Source of the DNA: an uncultured Chloroflexia bacterium
Lineage (GTDB): Bacteria; Chloroflexota; Limnocylindria; Limnocylindrales; CSP1-4
Reading direction: 5' to 3'
Assembly: GCA_963744095.1 (NCBI GenBank)
Contig: CAVUSH010000006.1
Coordinates: 389,670 to 453,669, forward strand
DNA: 64,000 nucleotides
The translations under genes and the position numbers were made by a program. The notes under the pieces were generated by a model. It searched no databases. It was not told the DNA's origin and was given only the letters and a program-made list of their open reading frames with translations. Below, piece by piece: positions 9,404 through 17,232 of this stretch (its first letter is position 1; every line of letters starts with the position of its first letter).

Positions 9404-10075
9404 ATGGGAATCGCCGATGCCAGCAGGCCACTTCGGGTCGACGCCGAGCGGAACCGTGGACGGATCGTGCAGGCCGCGCAGGCAGCGTTCGCCGAGCGGG
9501 GTCTCGACGTGCCGCTCGAGGATGTCGCCGGGCGTGCCGGAGTCGGCATCGCCACCCTCTACCGGCGCTTTCCGGCCCGCGAGGACCTGATCGCCGCCTG
9601 CTTCGAGCGACGCGTCGCCGAATATGCCAACGCGGCCGAGGAGGCGCTGGAGGCTCCGGACGCCTGGGCGGGCTTCTGCGCCTACGTCGAGCGCGTCTGC
9701 GCGATGCAGGCCGCCGACCGCGGCTTGAAGGACGTGCTCACGAGGACGTTCCCCGACGCGAGGGCCATGGAGGCGCATCGGACCCGCGGCTACGAGCTGT
9801 CCGTCCGAATGATCGAGCGGGCCCAGGAAGCCGGAGCGTTGCGGGCCGACTTCGTCCCGGAGGACCTCGTCCTCCTGCTCATGGCCAATGCCGGTGTCGT
9901 CCAGGGCGCCGGCGAGGCCGCGCCCGATGCGTGGCGGCGGTTCGCCGCCCTCATGCTCGAGGCATTCCGCGCCGACGGCGCCAGCCCGCTGCCCGCACCG
10001 CCCACGCCGCGCCAGGTCATGCGGGCGATGCGGGGGATGAGCCGCATGACCGATACGCCAGGGAGCACACGATGA
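9404..10075 (+). CDS. TetR/AcrR family transcriptional regulator
   Basis: N-terminal HTH RNRGRIVQAAQAAFAERGLDVPLEDVAGRAGVGIATLYRRFPAREDL. Confidence 0.9.
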   Translation: MGIADASRPLRVDAERNRGRIVQAAQAAFAERGLDVPLEDVAGRAGVGIATLYRRFPAREDLIAACFERRVAEYANAAEEALEAPDAWAGFCAYVERVCAMQAADRGLKDVLTRTFPDARAMEAHRTRGYELSVRMIERAQEAGALRADFVPEDLVLLLMANAGVVQGAGEAAPDAWRRFAALMLEAFRADGASPLPAPPTPRQVMRAMRGMSRMTDTPGSTR

Positions 10076-10500
10076 CGCTCGCGTCCCACACGACACCCAC
10101 GGTGCCGGAGACATCCACCTCCGGCGAGGGATACCGGCCAGGCATCTGCAACATCGGACCTGCCGAGATCGCCCGGCGACGCCGGGCAGGGCACGTCGGG
10201 CTCGGTGCCGCGATCGTCCTGCTCGCCGGGCTCGTGGCAATCGGCGCACCGCCGCTCAGCCGGCTGCTCGTCGCCCTCCCGGCGGCCGGGGCGGCATCGG
10301 GGTATCTCCAGGCACGCTTCCGGTTCTGCGCCGGCTTCGGGTCACGGGGCATCTACAACTTCGACGAGCTCGGCCAGACGGTGCAGGTCGAGGACGCCGA
10401 GGCCCGGCGACGCGACCGCGCACGCGCGACCCAGATTGGTCTCGCCAGCGTCGCGATCGGCGCGGCCGTCGGCCTCATCGCGGTCGGCCTCCCGCGATGA
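10072..10500 (+). CDS. hypothetical membrane protein
   Basis: The ATG overlaps the tetR stop (ATGA). There are two hydrophobic segments (GLGAAIVLLAGLVAIG, GLASVAIGAAVGLIAVG), and the stop overlaps the next start. Confidence 0.6.
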   Translation: MTLASHTTPTVPETSTSGEGYRPGICNIGPAEIARRRRAGHVGLGAAIVLLAGLVAIGAPPLSRLLVALPAAGAASGYLQARFRFCAGFGSRGIYNFDELGQTVQVEDAEARRRDRARATQIGLASVAIGAAVGLIAVGLPR

Positions 10501-11123
10501 CCATCGACGAGCAGGGTGGCCCGGAGGCCGGGGCCATCACCGATCGTGTGGACGAGGTCGCGGCCGCCCTCCGCATGCACAACATCGAGGCGGTCGTCGT
10601 TGAGGACGGCGAGGCGGCGCGCGCGTTCGTCCTCGGCCTGATCCCCGAGGGCGCCGAGGTCCACTCCGGCAAGTCGAAGACGCTGGAGGACATCGGGCTC
10701 TACGCCGAGCTCGTCGACTCGGGCCGTTACGACCCCGTCCGGCCGCGCCTGGCCGCCATGGATCGGGCGACGCAGGGCCGCGAGATCCGCAAGCTCTCCG
10801 CCGCCCCGGACTTCATGCTGGGCAGCGTCGCCGCGATCACCGCAGACGGGACGCTCGTCGCGGCGTCGGCCACCGGCAGCCAGCTCGGTGCCTATGCCGC
10901 GGGCGCGGGGCGCCTGATCCTCGTCGTCGGCAGCCAGAAGCTCGTGCCCGACCTCGATGCCGCGATGCGACGGATCCGCGAGGTCGTGTTCCCCTGGGAG
11001 AACGACCGGGTCCGCGAGCGACTGGGCGTCGACACCTCCCTCGAGAAGGTCCTCCTGATCCTCGGCGAGTGGCGACCCGGACGCACCACCGTCGTGGTCG
11101 TCCGCGAGCCCGTCGGCGTCTGA
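10497..11123 (+). CDS. LUD (LutC/YkgG-like) domain-containing protein
   Basis: 208-aa ORF. ...DFMLGSVAAITADGTLVAASATGSQLGAYAAGAGRLILVVGSQKLVPDL... is typical of the lactate-utilisation LUD domain. Confidence 0.75.
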   Translation: MTIDEQGGPEAGAITDRVDEVAAALRMHNIEAVVVEDGEAARAFVLGLIPEGAEVHSGKSKTLEDIGLYAELVDSGRYDPVRPRLAAMDRATQGREIRKLSAAPDFMLGSVAAITADGTLVAASATGSQLGAYAAGAGRLILVVGSQKLVPDLDAAMRRIREVVFPWENDRVRERLGVDTSLEKVLLILGEWRPGRTTVVVVREPVGV

Positions 11124-11264
11124 CCGCGGGCAGCGATCGCCAGGTCAGGCCGGCATGACGTGCGCGTCGAGATCCAGCAGACCTACCCGCTTGCCGACGC
11201 CGCGGGCGCCTTCGCCGCCTTCACGGCCGGAACGCGCGGCAAGCTGGTCGTGACTGTCGGGTGA
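11124..11264 (+). pseudogene. C-terminal remnant of a zinc-type alcohol dehydrogenase / quinone oxidoreductase (MDR) gene
   Basis: With no start codon, the frame reads ...HDVRVEIQQTYPLADAAGAFAAFTAGTRGKLVVTVG-stop (TGA 11262-11264). This is the characteristic last ~35 residues of MDR oxidoreductases. Confidence 0.45.
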
Positions 11265-11350
11265 CCGGGCGTTCAGCGGCAAAGGCGGGACGCGAGGATC
11301 GCGTTCGGGGACCCAGGATCGTGACTTGACCCGGCCGCGAGAATCCCCGC

Positions 11351-12544
11351 ATGACGAACGCCGGTTGGGGCAGGGCGTTCGATGCCCGTCGCCTTGCCCA
11401 TCTCGAGCTCCAGATGTGGAAGGCCTACTATCGCCGCCAACCCGTCCGGCTGTTCGGCCTCCTCATCCTGGCCAACCGCGAACAGGCCCGCGTCGGCTGG
11501 ATCCGAGCGGTGGTCGCCGCGGCCTGGCTCGCCCGGGGCGCCGCACGGTTCGGGCGCTCGACCGGCGACTACGACCGCTTCCTCCCCGACGTCGTCCGCG
11601 GATATCGCGCTCTAGGCCTGCCCGATGGGGTCGACGCAGCCGGAGTCGCCCGACAGGAGCTGCGCTGGTGGGTCGTCCGGCGCGAGATCGGTCTCACGGC
11701 GGGCGAGGCGGCCGGTGAGGCGATCGCCGCGGTCTATGCGGCCCTCTACGGCCTGCCCGGAGCGGCCGTAGCGGAGGCTGGACGGCTGCGCGGGCGGGCG
11801 GCGGAGGTGCGTGATCGCGGCGCCGCCGACGACCCGGACGGGCCGGCGGGGCGGGGCCGGACGTACTGGCCGGAGGTCGCCCGGCTGCTCGACGCGTCGT
11901 ACCGCAGCCTGCGAACCGCGCTCGATGCCGCCCCGCCAGAGGCGCCAATGGACGCAGACGCCGCCACCCCGGCGAACGCGTACCGCTTCGTCACCCGCTG
12001 GCTCGTGCCGGCAGGGAGAGAGGAAGTCGCCGAGATCCTCGCCGATGCACCCGCGCTCGCCCGCTGGTGGCCGTCGGTCTACCTGCGCGTGACCGAGCTC
12101 GAGCCCGGTGACGAACGCGGCCTCGGGAAGGTCGTCGACCTCTGGACAAAGGGCTGGCTCCCGTACACGCTCCGCTGGCGCTTCCGGGTCACCGAGAGCG
12201 ATCCGCCGGCCGGCTTCGCGCTCGAGGCAACGGGCGACTTCGTCGGCCGGGGCGTCTGGCGGCTTTCGGAGGAGGAGCCGCCTGCCGGACTCGAGGGAGC
12301 CTGGACGATCGTCGAGTACGACTGGCGGATCCTCGCCGAAAAGGGCCTCCTGCGACGCCTGTCGTTCATCCTGCGCCCGGTGTTCGCGGCGAACCACCAC
12401 TGGGCGATGGCCCGCGGCGAGGAGAGCCTGCGGCTCGAGATCGCGCGACGGCACGCGAGGCGCGATCCCGCGCTGGCGGGCGCGATCCCGCCGCCGCCCG
12501 GCCCGACGTTCCAGCCACCATGGCGCAGCGCACACCCGGACTGA
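11351..12544 (+). CDS. two-domain protein: conserved hypothetical N-domain fused to an SRPBCC (polyketide cyclase/dehydrase-like) domain
   Basis: 397-aa ORF. The C-terminal half YRFVTRWLVPAGREEVAEILADAPALARWWPSVYLRV...GDFVGRGVWRL... is SRPBCC-like. Confidence 0.65.
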   Translation: MTNAGWGRAFDARRLAHLELQMWKAYYRRQPVRLFGLLILANREQARVGWIRAVVAAAWLARGAARFGRSTGDYDRFLPDVVRGYRALGLPDGVDAAGVARQELRWWVVRREIGLTAGEAAGEAIAAVYAALYGLPGAAVAEAGRLRGRAAEVRDRGAADDPDGPAGRGRTYWPEVARLLDASYRSLRTALDAAPPEAPMDADAATPANAYRFVTRWLVPAGREEVAEILADAPALARWWPSVYLRVTELEPGDERGLGKVVDLWTKGWLPYTLRWRFRVTESDPPAGFALEATGDFVGRGVWRLSEEEPPAGLEGAWTIVEYDWRILAEKGLLRRLSFILRPVFAANHHWAMARGEESLRLEIARRHARRDPALAGAIPPPPGPTFQPPWRSAHPD

Positions 12545-12599
12545 GCCCTGGATCCCGTCGCGCTCTTCAACTGAGCTGAGGGCCCTCGTGTAAAAGGGG

Positions 12600-12630
12600 C
12601 TTGACACGACGGTGGATGTCAAGCTACCTT
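12600..12630 (+). promoter_or_regulatory. promoter with embedded perfect inverted repeat, placed for a leaderless XRE mRNA
   Basis: CTTGACA(12600-12606)-N10-TGTCAAG(12617-12623) has perfect 7-bp arms. TTGACA -35, an 18-nt spacer and TACCTT (12625-12630) follow, with the ATG 7 nt downstream. Confidence 0.55.
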
Positions 12631-12637
12631 TCCATCC

Positions 12638-12841
12638 ATGCAGAACGACGTGCGGGAGCTGCGAACGGGCCGGGGCCTCCGCCAGGAGGACCTCGCGAAG
12701 GCGTTGAAGGTGTCGCGCCAGACCGTCAACGCGATCGAGACCGGGCGGTACCTGCCGTCGTTGCCACTCGCCTTCGCTCTCGCGCGCTACTTCGGCAAGC
12801 CGGTGGAGGAGCTGTTCCATGGAGACGACGATGGGCGCTAG
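12638..12841 (+). CDS. XRE-family helix-turn-helix transcriptional regulator (small, 67 aa)
   Basis: LRTGRGLRQEDLAKALKVSRQTVNAIETGRYLPSLPLAFALARYFGKPVEELF. Confidence 0.9.
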   Translation: MQNDVRELRTGRGLRQEDLAKALKVSRQTVNAIETGRYLPSLPLAFALARYFGKPVEELFHGDDDGR

Positions 12842-13208
12842 GTGGGGGATGCCGGCCCTCGGGCTGCTGCTGGGGGTGCTCCTCTTCGCGGCCTCGGCGA
12901 TCGGAGGCCAGCCAGTCCTGGGGCTCGGCATGCTCGCCGTCATGGCGGTCTACAGCGCGATCCTGGTCGTCTTCGGTGGCCGGAGCGAGACGATCGCCGT
13001 TCTAGGCGGTCGGCCGGCGGACGAGCGGTTCGCCTCGTTCGACATCCTGGCGACGGCGGTTGCCGGGATCGTCGCGATCATCGTCGCGATCGTCGGCTTC
13101 CTGTGGGCCATCGCCCACGGCCAGAGCGGCACCGACTTCGCCGTCGTCGCCGCCGCGGCCGGGATCGGCTACCTCGCTGCGATCATGTGGCTCCGCCGGC
13201 GGGGCTGA
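12819..13208 (+). CDS. membrane protein partner of the small XRE regulator
   Basis: 129-aa ORF with four hydrophobic segments. It overlaps the regulator's 3' end, and an alternative start lies at ~12831. Confidence 0.65.
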   Translation: METTMGARWGMPALGLLLGVLLFAASAIGGQPVLGLGMLAVMAVYSAILVVFGGRSETIAVLGGRPADERFASFDILATAVAGIVAIIVAIVGFLWAIAHGQSGTDFAVVAAAAGIGYLAAIMWLRRRG

Positions 13209-13227
13209 TCGAGGACCGCTTGCCGGC

Positions 13228-13680
13228 CTATGTGCCCGGAGAACAGCAGGCGCACCCGCCCTCGGCGGTTGCGACCACGGCGTAGGCAGCCTCGCAGCAT
13301 GGTCCGTCGAGGACCGCAAGGGACCGCTTCGGCCGTTCAAGGTGCCCGAGAAGCCCGGTCAGCCGGGCGTCGAGCGCCTGGAGCCCGGCGACCCGGGCGG
13401 CGATCTCGGCGCGCCGCTCGCCGATCAGCCGGGGCAGCTCGGCGGTCGCGTCCGAGCAGTGGCCGGAGTGGCACCAGCCGGCGATCCTGGCCGCATCCTC
13501 GAGCGGGACATCGAGCCGTCGCAGGTCGAGCAGCAGGCGCAGGTGCTCGACGTCCGCGTCGCCGTATTCGCGGTAGGCATTGTCCTTTCGACTCGCGCGC
13601 GGAAGCCAACCGGAACGCTCGTAGAAGCGGATCGTGTCGGTGGAGACGCCGACCTCCCGGGCGAGCTCGCCGATCCTCAT
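13228..13680 (-). CDS. MerR-family transcriptional regulator with Cys-rich C-terminus
   Basis: MRIGELAREVGVSTDTIRFYERSGWLP...YREY is a MerR HTH. The C-terminus carries CHSGHC and GPCC...GGCACC clusters. Confidence 0.9.
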   Translation of the reverse strand: MRIGELAREVGVSTDTIRFYERSGWLPRASRKDNAYREYGDADVEHLRLLLDLRRLDVPLEDAARIAGWCHSGHCSDATAELPRLIGERRAEIAARVAGLQALDARLTGLLGHLERPKRSLAVLDGPCCEAAYAVVATAEGGCACCSPGT

Positions 13681-13691
13681 GTGATCAGCAA

Positions 13692-13716
13692 ACCTTGGAG
13701 TGGGTCGGATGTCAAG
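13692..13716 (-). promoter_or_regulatory. MerR-type operator/promoter copy A (immediately upstream of merR)
   Basis: ACCTTGGAGTGGGTCGGATGTCAAG is 22/25 identical to 15658-15682. It contains CTTGACA on the coding strand and overlaps the VOC stop codon. Confidence 0.5.
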
Positions 13717-14104
13717 TGCTTACGCGGACCTCCGTCAACTCGTAGGTGTTGCCCTCGCTGTCCTTGAACCAGGCCGCCTTGGCGACCCCGAAGTCGGCCA
13801 GTCCGCCGACCATCCGGACTTCGCCGAGGTCGTACTCCTCGAACGTGATGCCGCGCCCGCGGAGATCGGCCATCACCGACTCGATGTCGTTGACCTCCCA
13901 GCCCGCGATCGTGTTCTTGGCGGTCCCGGCTGACGGCGTGGCGTACAGATACAGCCAGGTCTCGCCGGCGAAGCGATACCAGACACCACCCGGGTCCTCA
14001 TGTTCCGGCACGAGTCCAAGCCGTTCCTCGTACCAGCGGCGCGCCCGGCCGAGGTCGACGGCCGCTGCCCTAACGCTGATCGGGAACCGGCTCAACGTCG
14101 TCAT
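13712..14104 (-). CDS. VOC (glyoxalase/bleomycin-resistance) family protein
   Basis: 130-aa ORF. ...AAVDLGRARRWYEERLGL...GITFEEY...AAWFKDSEGNTYEL. Its start overlaps the upstream stop (ATGA). Confidence 0.8.
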   Translation of the reverse strand: MTTLSRFPISVRAAAVDLGRARRWYEERLGLVPEHEDPGGVWYRFAGETWLYLYATPSAGTAKNTIAGWEVNDIESVMADLRGRGITFEEYDLGEVRMVGGLADFGVAKAAWFKDSEGNTYELTEVRVST

Positions 14105-14559
14105 GACATCGCCGTCGCCGCGGCCGGTGCCGCCTCGAGCCGCTCCTTGAGGCGGACCAGCTCGGCGGCCTCACCCGCCCGGATCTCGCCCGCGAACAGT
14201 GGCTCGACGAGACGCATCAGCCCGGTCAGGCCCAGGGATCCTGCCCAGACCACCCTGGTGCTCTCCGGCCCGGTGGCTTCGAGGTCCATCGCCACCTCGC
14301 CCCGCATCGGGCCCGAGAGGACGCGGTAGGCGAGCCGACGTCCGGGCTCCGCCTCGGCGACTTCGAACTCGATCGTCTGGCGCCTCGGCCCGATCTTGAC
14401 GTTCTCATGCGCTCGGGCGCCGACCTCAGTCGACCGTCCCTGGACGATGCGTGCGTCGATGACGCTCATCCAGGTCGGATGGCGGTCGATGTCCGCGGCG
14501 TACTCCCAGACCTCCATTGCCGATCGATCAATCGTCTGCTCGCTCCGGAACGGGATCAC
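14101..14559 (-). CDS. SRPBCC family protein
   Basis: GTG 14559 overlaps the upstream stop (GTGA). VIPFRSEQTIDRSAMEVWEYAADIDRHPTWMSVI... Confidence 0.7.
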   Translation of the reverse strand: MIPFRSEQTIDRSAMEVWEYAADIDRHPTWMSVIDARIVQGRSTEVGARAHENVKIGPRRQTIEFEVAEAEPGRRLAYRVLSGPMRGEVAMDLEATGPESTRVVWAGSLGLTGLMRLVEPLFAGEIRAGEAAELVRLKERLEAAPAAATAMS

Positions 14560-15644
14560 CTCACGACCTCCCTCTGCTCGACGACCGGCAAGGCGCCGGC
14601 GATGACCGTGGCGAGGCGCGCGTATGCGGCCTCCTTGTCGACCCGCATCTGCTCGACCGCATCTGCGTCCGCGGGCGGTCCGCCCTGGCGGGCCCAGCGA
14701 AGCCGGAGCCGGGTGCCGCCGTCGGCCGGATCGAGATCGGCCGTGGACGCGACCGGACCGAGCCCGGGCACCGCGAGTCGCCAGGCGACGTGGTCGTAGG
14801 GCTGCCAGTCGACGATCTCCTCGAGCGTCGCGAGCCGGCCGGTCACGCACTGCGCGGTCGTTCCCACGCCTCGGCGCCCGCCGGCTGACGTCTCCTCGAT
14901 GACGAGCGGCCCTTCCCACAGCATCCGGAGCGCCGGCGACGTCAGATGAGCCCAGACGACCGACGGCTCGGCGGCCAGTGTCGCCTCGATGTCGAACGCC
15001 GCGTCGGTGTCGGCGATGTCGATGCGGCGCTCTCCGCCTTCCGCCTGCCAGCGAGCCTCGAGGTCCAGGGTGAAGGTGGCGACCCGGCCCAGGTGCTCGA
15101 TCAATTCCGCGCCCGACGTGAGCCCCAGGGCGTCTGGGTCGAGACCGAGGGCCTCAACCGCGGCGGAAGTGAAGAGCGCAAAGCCGTTGGCGCGCGCCTC
15201 GGTGGCCCCCGCGCCTTTCAGGAGCCGATGGACGAGGATGACGTCGGGTCCGGCCAGCTCGTCCCGGCCGGCAATGCGGCTGCGGACGAAGGCCCCGTGA
15301 TGGACGAAGAGCTTGAGGTCGAGGCGGGGAGCCAGCCGGCACGAGTTGCAGTCGCAGCTCGTGGCCTGGTCGATGCTCCTCAGCCGGCGCCGGAAGGCGA
15401 TGTAGGACGCCTCGATCGCGTCGACGAGGAGCGACCCGTCGGCCCGCCCGTCCTCGACGAAGAGGAAAGCGGCATCGCCCTCGAGCTTCGCCAGCCTGAA
15501 CGGCGGCTCCAGGCGGCCGACGATCGTCTCGAGGAGGTCGCCCGCGATGGCCGGCGCATGCTCGATCTCGCTCCGCGACAGGTAGGCGGTGTAGCCGGTC
15601 AGATCGGCGATGACGAGGAAGCCGGTCGCAGGGGACGCTGCCAT
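14556..15644 (-). CDS. DUF2652 (cyclase-fold) domain protein fused to an SRPBCC-like C-domain
   Basis: 362-aa ORF. FLVIADLTGYTAYLSRSEIEHA...LAKLEGDAAFLF...CDCNSC...LKLFVHHG. The C-terminal half PSVVWAHLTSPALRMLWEG... is SRPBCC-like. Confidence 0.75.
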   Translation of the reverse strand: MAASPATGFLVIADLTGYTAYLSRSEIEHAPAIAGDLLETIVGRLEPPFRLAKLEGDAAFLFVEDGRADGSLLVDAIEASYIAFRRRLRSIDQATSCDCNSCRLAPRLDLKLFVHHGAFVRSRIAGRDELAGPDVILVHRLLKGAGATEARANGFALFTSAAVEALGLDPDALGLTSGAELIEHLGRVATFTLDLEARWQAEGGERRIDIADTDAAFDIEATLAAEPSVVWAHLTSPALRMLWEGPLVIEETSAGGRRGVGTTAQCVTGRLATLEEIVDWQPYDHVAWRLAVPGLGPVASTADLDPADGGTRLRLRWARQGGPPADADAVEQMRVDKEAAYARLATVIAGALPVVEQREVVR

Positions 15645-15650
15645 GCGCAG

Positions 15651-15682
15651 ACTCTAGACCTTGGAGTCGGTCCAATGTCAAG
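15651..15682 (-). promoter_or_regulatory. MerR-type promoter/operator copy B for the DUF2652-SRPBCC-VOC-merR operon
   Basis: The coding strand reads CTTGACA (15682-15676), then a 19-nt spacer, TAGAGT (15656-15651), 6 nt and the ATG at 15644. The 19-nt spacer is the hallmark of MerR-dependent promoters. Confidence 0.6.
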
Positions 15683-15731
15683 ACGTGGAATCACGCGAAA
15701 CCGGCGCCTCGCGGTAGGCTGTCCCTTGCAC

Positions 15732-16013
15732 ATGACCGAGAGCCACGCGTTCCACGGCACCGTTCGATACTTCCGGGCCGAGCAGGGGTCCGGGTTGGCC
15801 GTCGTCGACGTCCCGCCGGATGTCACCGCCCGCCTTGGCGGACTGAAGCAGGTCCGTGTCCGGGCGCTGGTCAACGGCCAGCCCTTCGTCTCGAACACCA
15901 TGCCCGCCGGCGGCGGTCGGCTCGCGTTGAGCCTGAGCCGTCAGATCCTCGAAGCTTCGGGTCTGCACGTGGGTGACGAGGCCGACTTCGCGCTCGAGCG
16001 CCTGACGACGTAG
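15732..16013 (+). CDS. DUF1905 domain-containing protein
   Basis: MTESHAFHGTVRYFRAEQGSGLAVVDVPPDVTARLGGLKQVRVRALVNGQPFVSNTMPAGGGRLALSL... Confidence 0.75.
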   Translation: MTESHAFHGTVRYFRAEQGSGLAVVDVPPDVTARLGGLKQVRVRALVNGQPFVSNTMPAGGGRLALSLSRQILEASGLHVGDEADFALERLTT

Positions 16014-16051
16014 CGCGGCGACATCTCTCCGCCCCGCCGATCCCCGCACCC

Positions 16052-16589
16052 GTGTCGGCGGCCGGCTTCCTGGACCGCCGTATCATCGCCCGCGTGACCC
16101 GATACCCCGACGGCCTCGACGTCGAAGGGCCGGTGCAGGCCGAGCTGTTCGTCGTGTGGCTCGCCGATGATCACCTCGAGCTGACCGGCCCCTGCGGACC
16201 GGCTCCCTGGCTCCTCGAGCTCGGACGATGCCGATCACCCGGTCGAGGTCGTGACCCGGGTGGTGCGCGATGCGATCGGCGAACCGCTGCTGGTCCACTC
16301 GACGTCATGGCGGCGCGACCGTGACGCCGTGATCCTCAGCTTCGTCGTGGTCATCGACGGAGCGCTGGTCGGGTCGATGGCCAGTCTGCCGATCGAGCGA
16401 AGCGAGCTGGCCCGAGGCGAGGCCACAGCCGCTCCGCGCGAGATCGCGACCGCACAGGTCGTCGAGCACGGGCTGCGGCACATGGCCTGGCTGGCGAAGG
16501 ACGACCCCGCGGTCGCCGCGGAGCTCCCGGCCGGATGGCGCGACCTGCTGGCAGCGTATGTCCCCGAGCCGTTCCGCAACCTCGGCTGA
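16052..16589 (+). CDS. conserved hypothetical protein, frame broken by a 1-nt indel at ~16223
   Basis: ORF 16052-16324 reads sensibly to ...TGPCGPAPWLLELG and then turns Arg-rich. Frame +1 continues DDADHPVEVVTRVVRDAIGEPLLVHSTSWRRD..., which is ORF 16251-16589. Confidence 0.5.
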
Positions 16590-16600
16590 AGGAGAGCCCC

Positions 16601-16783
16601 ATGGACAACGAGACGATCACCGTGCGCTGCGTCTGCGGCTGGGAGACGACCGGATCGGAGGACGACGTCGTGGCAGCCACCGAGGAACACGGCCGCCGGC
16701 TGCACAACATGACGCCGACCCGCGAGGAGGTCCTCGCGATGGCGGTCGCGACGCCCGACCACCAGGAGAGCCCAGCCAGGTAG
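16601..16783 (+). CDS. DUF1059-like small protein
   Basis: RBS GAAGGAG lies 6 nt upstream of the ATG. MDNETITVRCVCGWETTGSEDDVVAATEEHGRRLHNMTPTREEVLAM. Confidence 0.6.
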   Translation: MDNETITVRCVCGWETTGSEDDVVAATEEHGRRLHNMTPTREEVLAMAVATPDHQESPAR

Positions 16784-16866
16784 CCCGGCGGCGTGTCCAT
16801 CCGGGCGAGCGCCATTCGTCGTGAGGTGACAGGCTGGACTGTGCCGGCCACCACGAGGAGCACCCC

Positions 16867-17229
16867 ATGCCGCGTTTCTTGCTTTCCGTCCACAGCGTCG
16901 ACGGCGAGGCCCGCGAGCCGATGACCGACGAGCAGATGCAGCACTCCTGGCAGGAGATCCAGGCCCTCGAGGCCGAGATGAAGTCGGCCGGAGCGTGGGT
17001 CTTTTCCGGCCGCCTGCACGACGCCGACACCGCAACCGTCGTGCGCCTGTCCGGCGGCGAGGTGCTGACGACGGACGGCCCGTTCGTGGAGGCGAAGGAA
17101 CACCTGGGCGGCTTCTACATCATCGAGGCGGCCGATCTTGACGCCGCGCTCGGCTGGGCGTCGAAGGTCACCCGCACGATCTCGGCGCCGATCGAGGTCT
17201 GGCCCTTCGCGGACACGGCCGGCGGCTGA
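16867..17229 (+). CDS. YciI-family (DGPF domain) protein
   Basis: ...TTDGPFVEAKEHLGGFYIIEAADLDAALGWASK... is the canonical YciI motif. Confidence 0.85.
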   Translation: MPRFLLSVHSVDGEAREPMTDEQMQHSWQEIQALEAEMKSAGAWVFSGRLHDADTATVVRLSGGEVLTTDGPFVEAKEHLGGFYIIEAADLDAALGWASKVTRTISAPIEVWPFADTAGG

Positions 17230-17232
17230 TCC

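Noticed and set aside
11351-12544. The two-domain 397-aa ORF considered as an artefactual fusion of two genes through loss of a stop codon.
   Set aside because: It is a single uninterrupted frame with uniform codon bias. There is no internal RBS or start at the domain boundary and no evidence for an indel.
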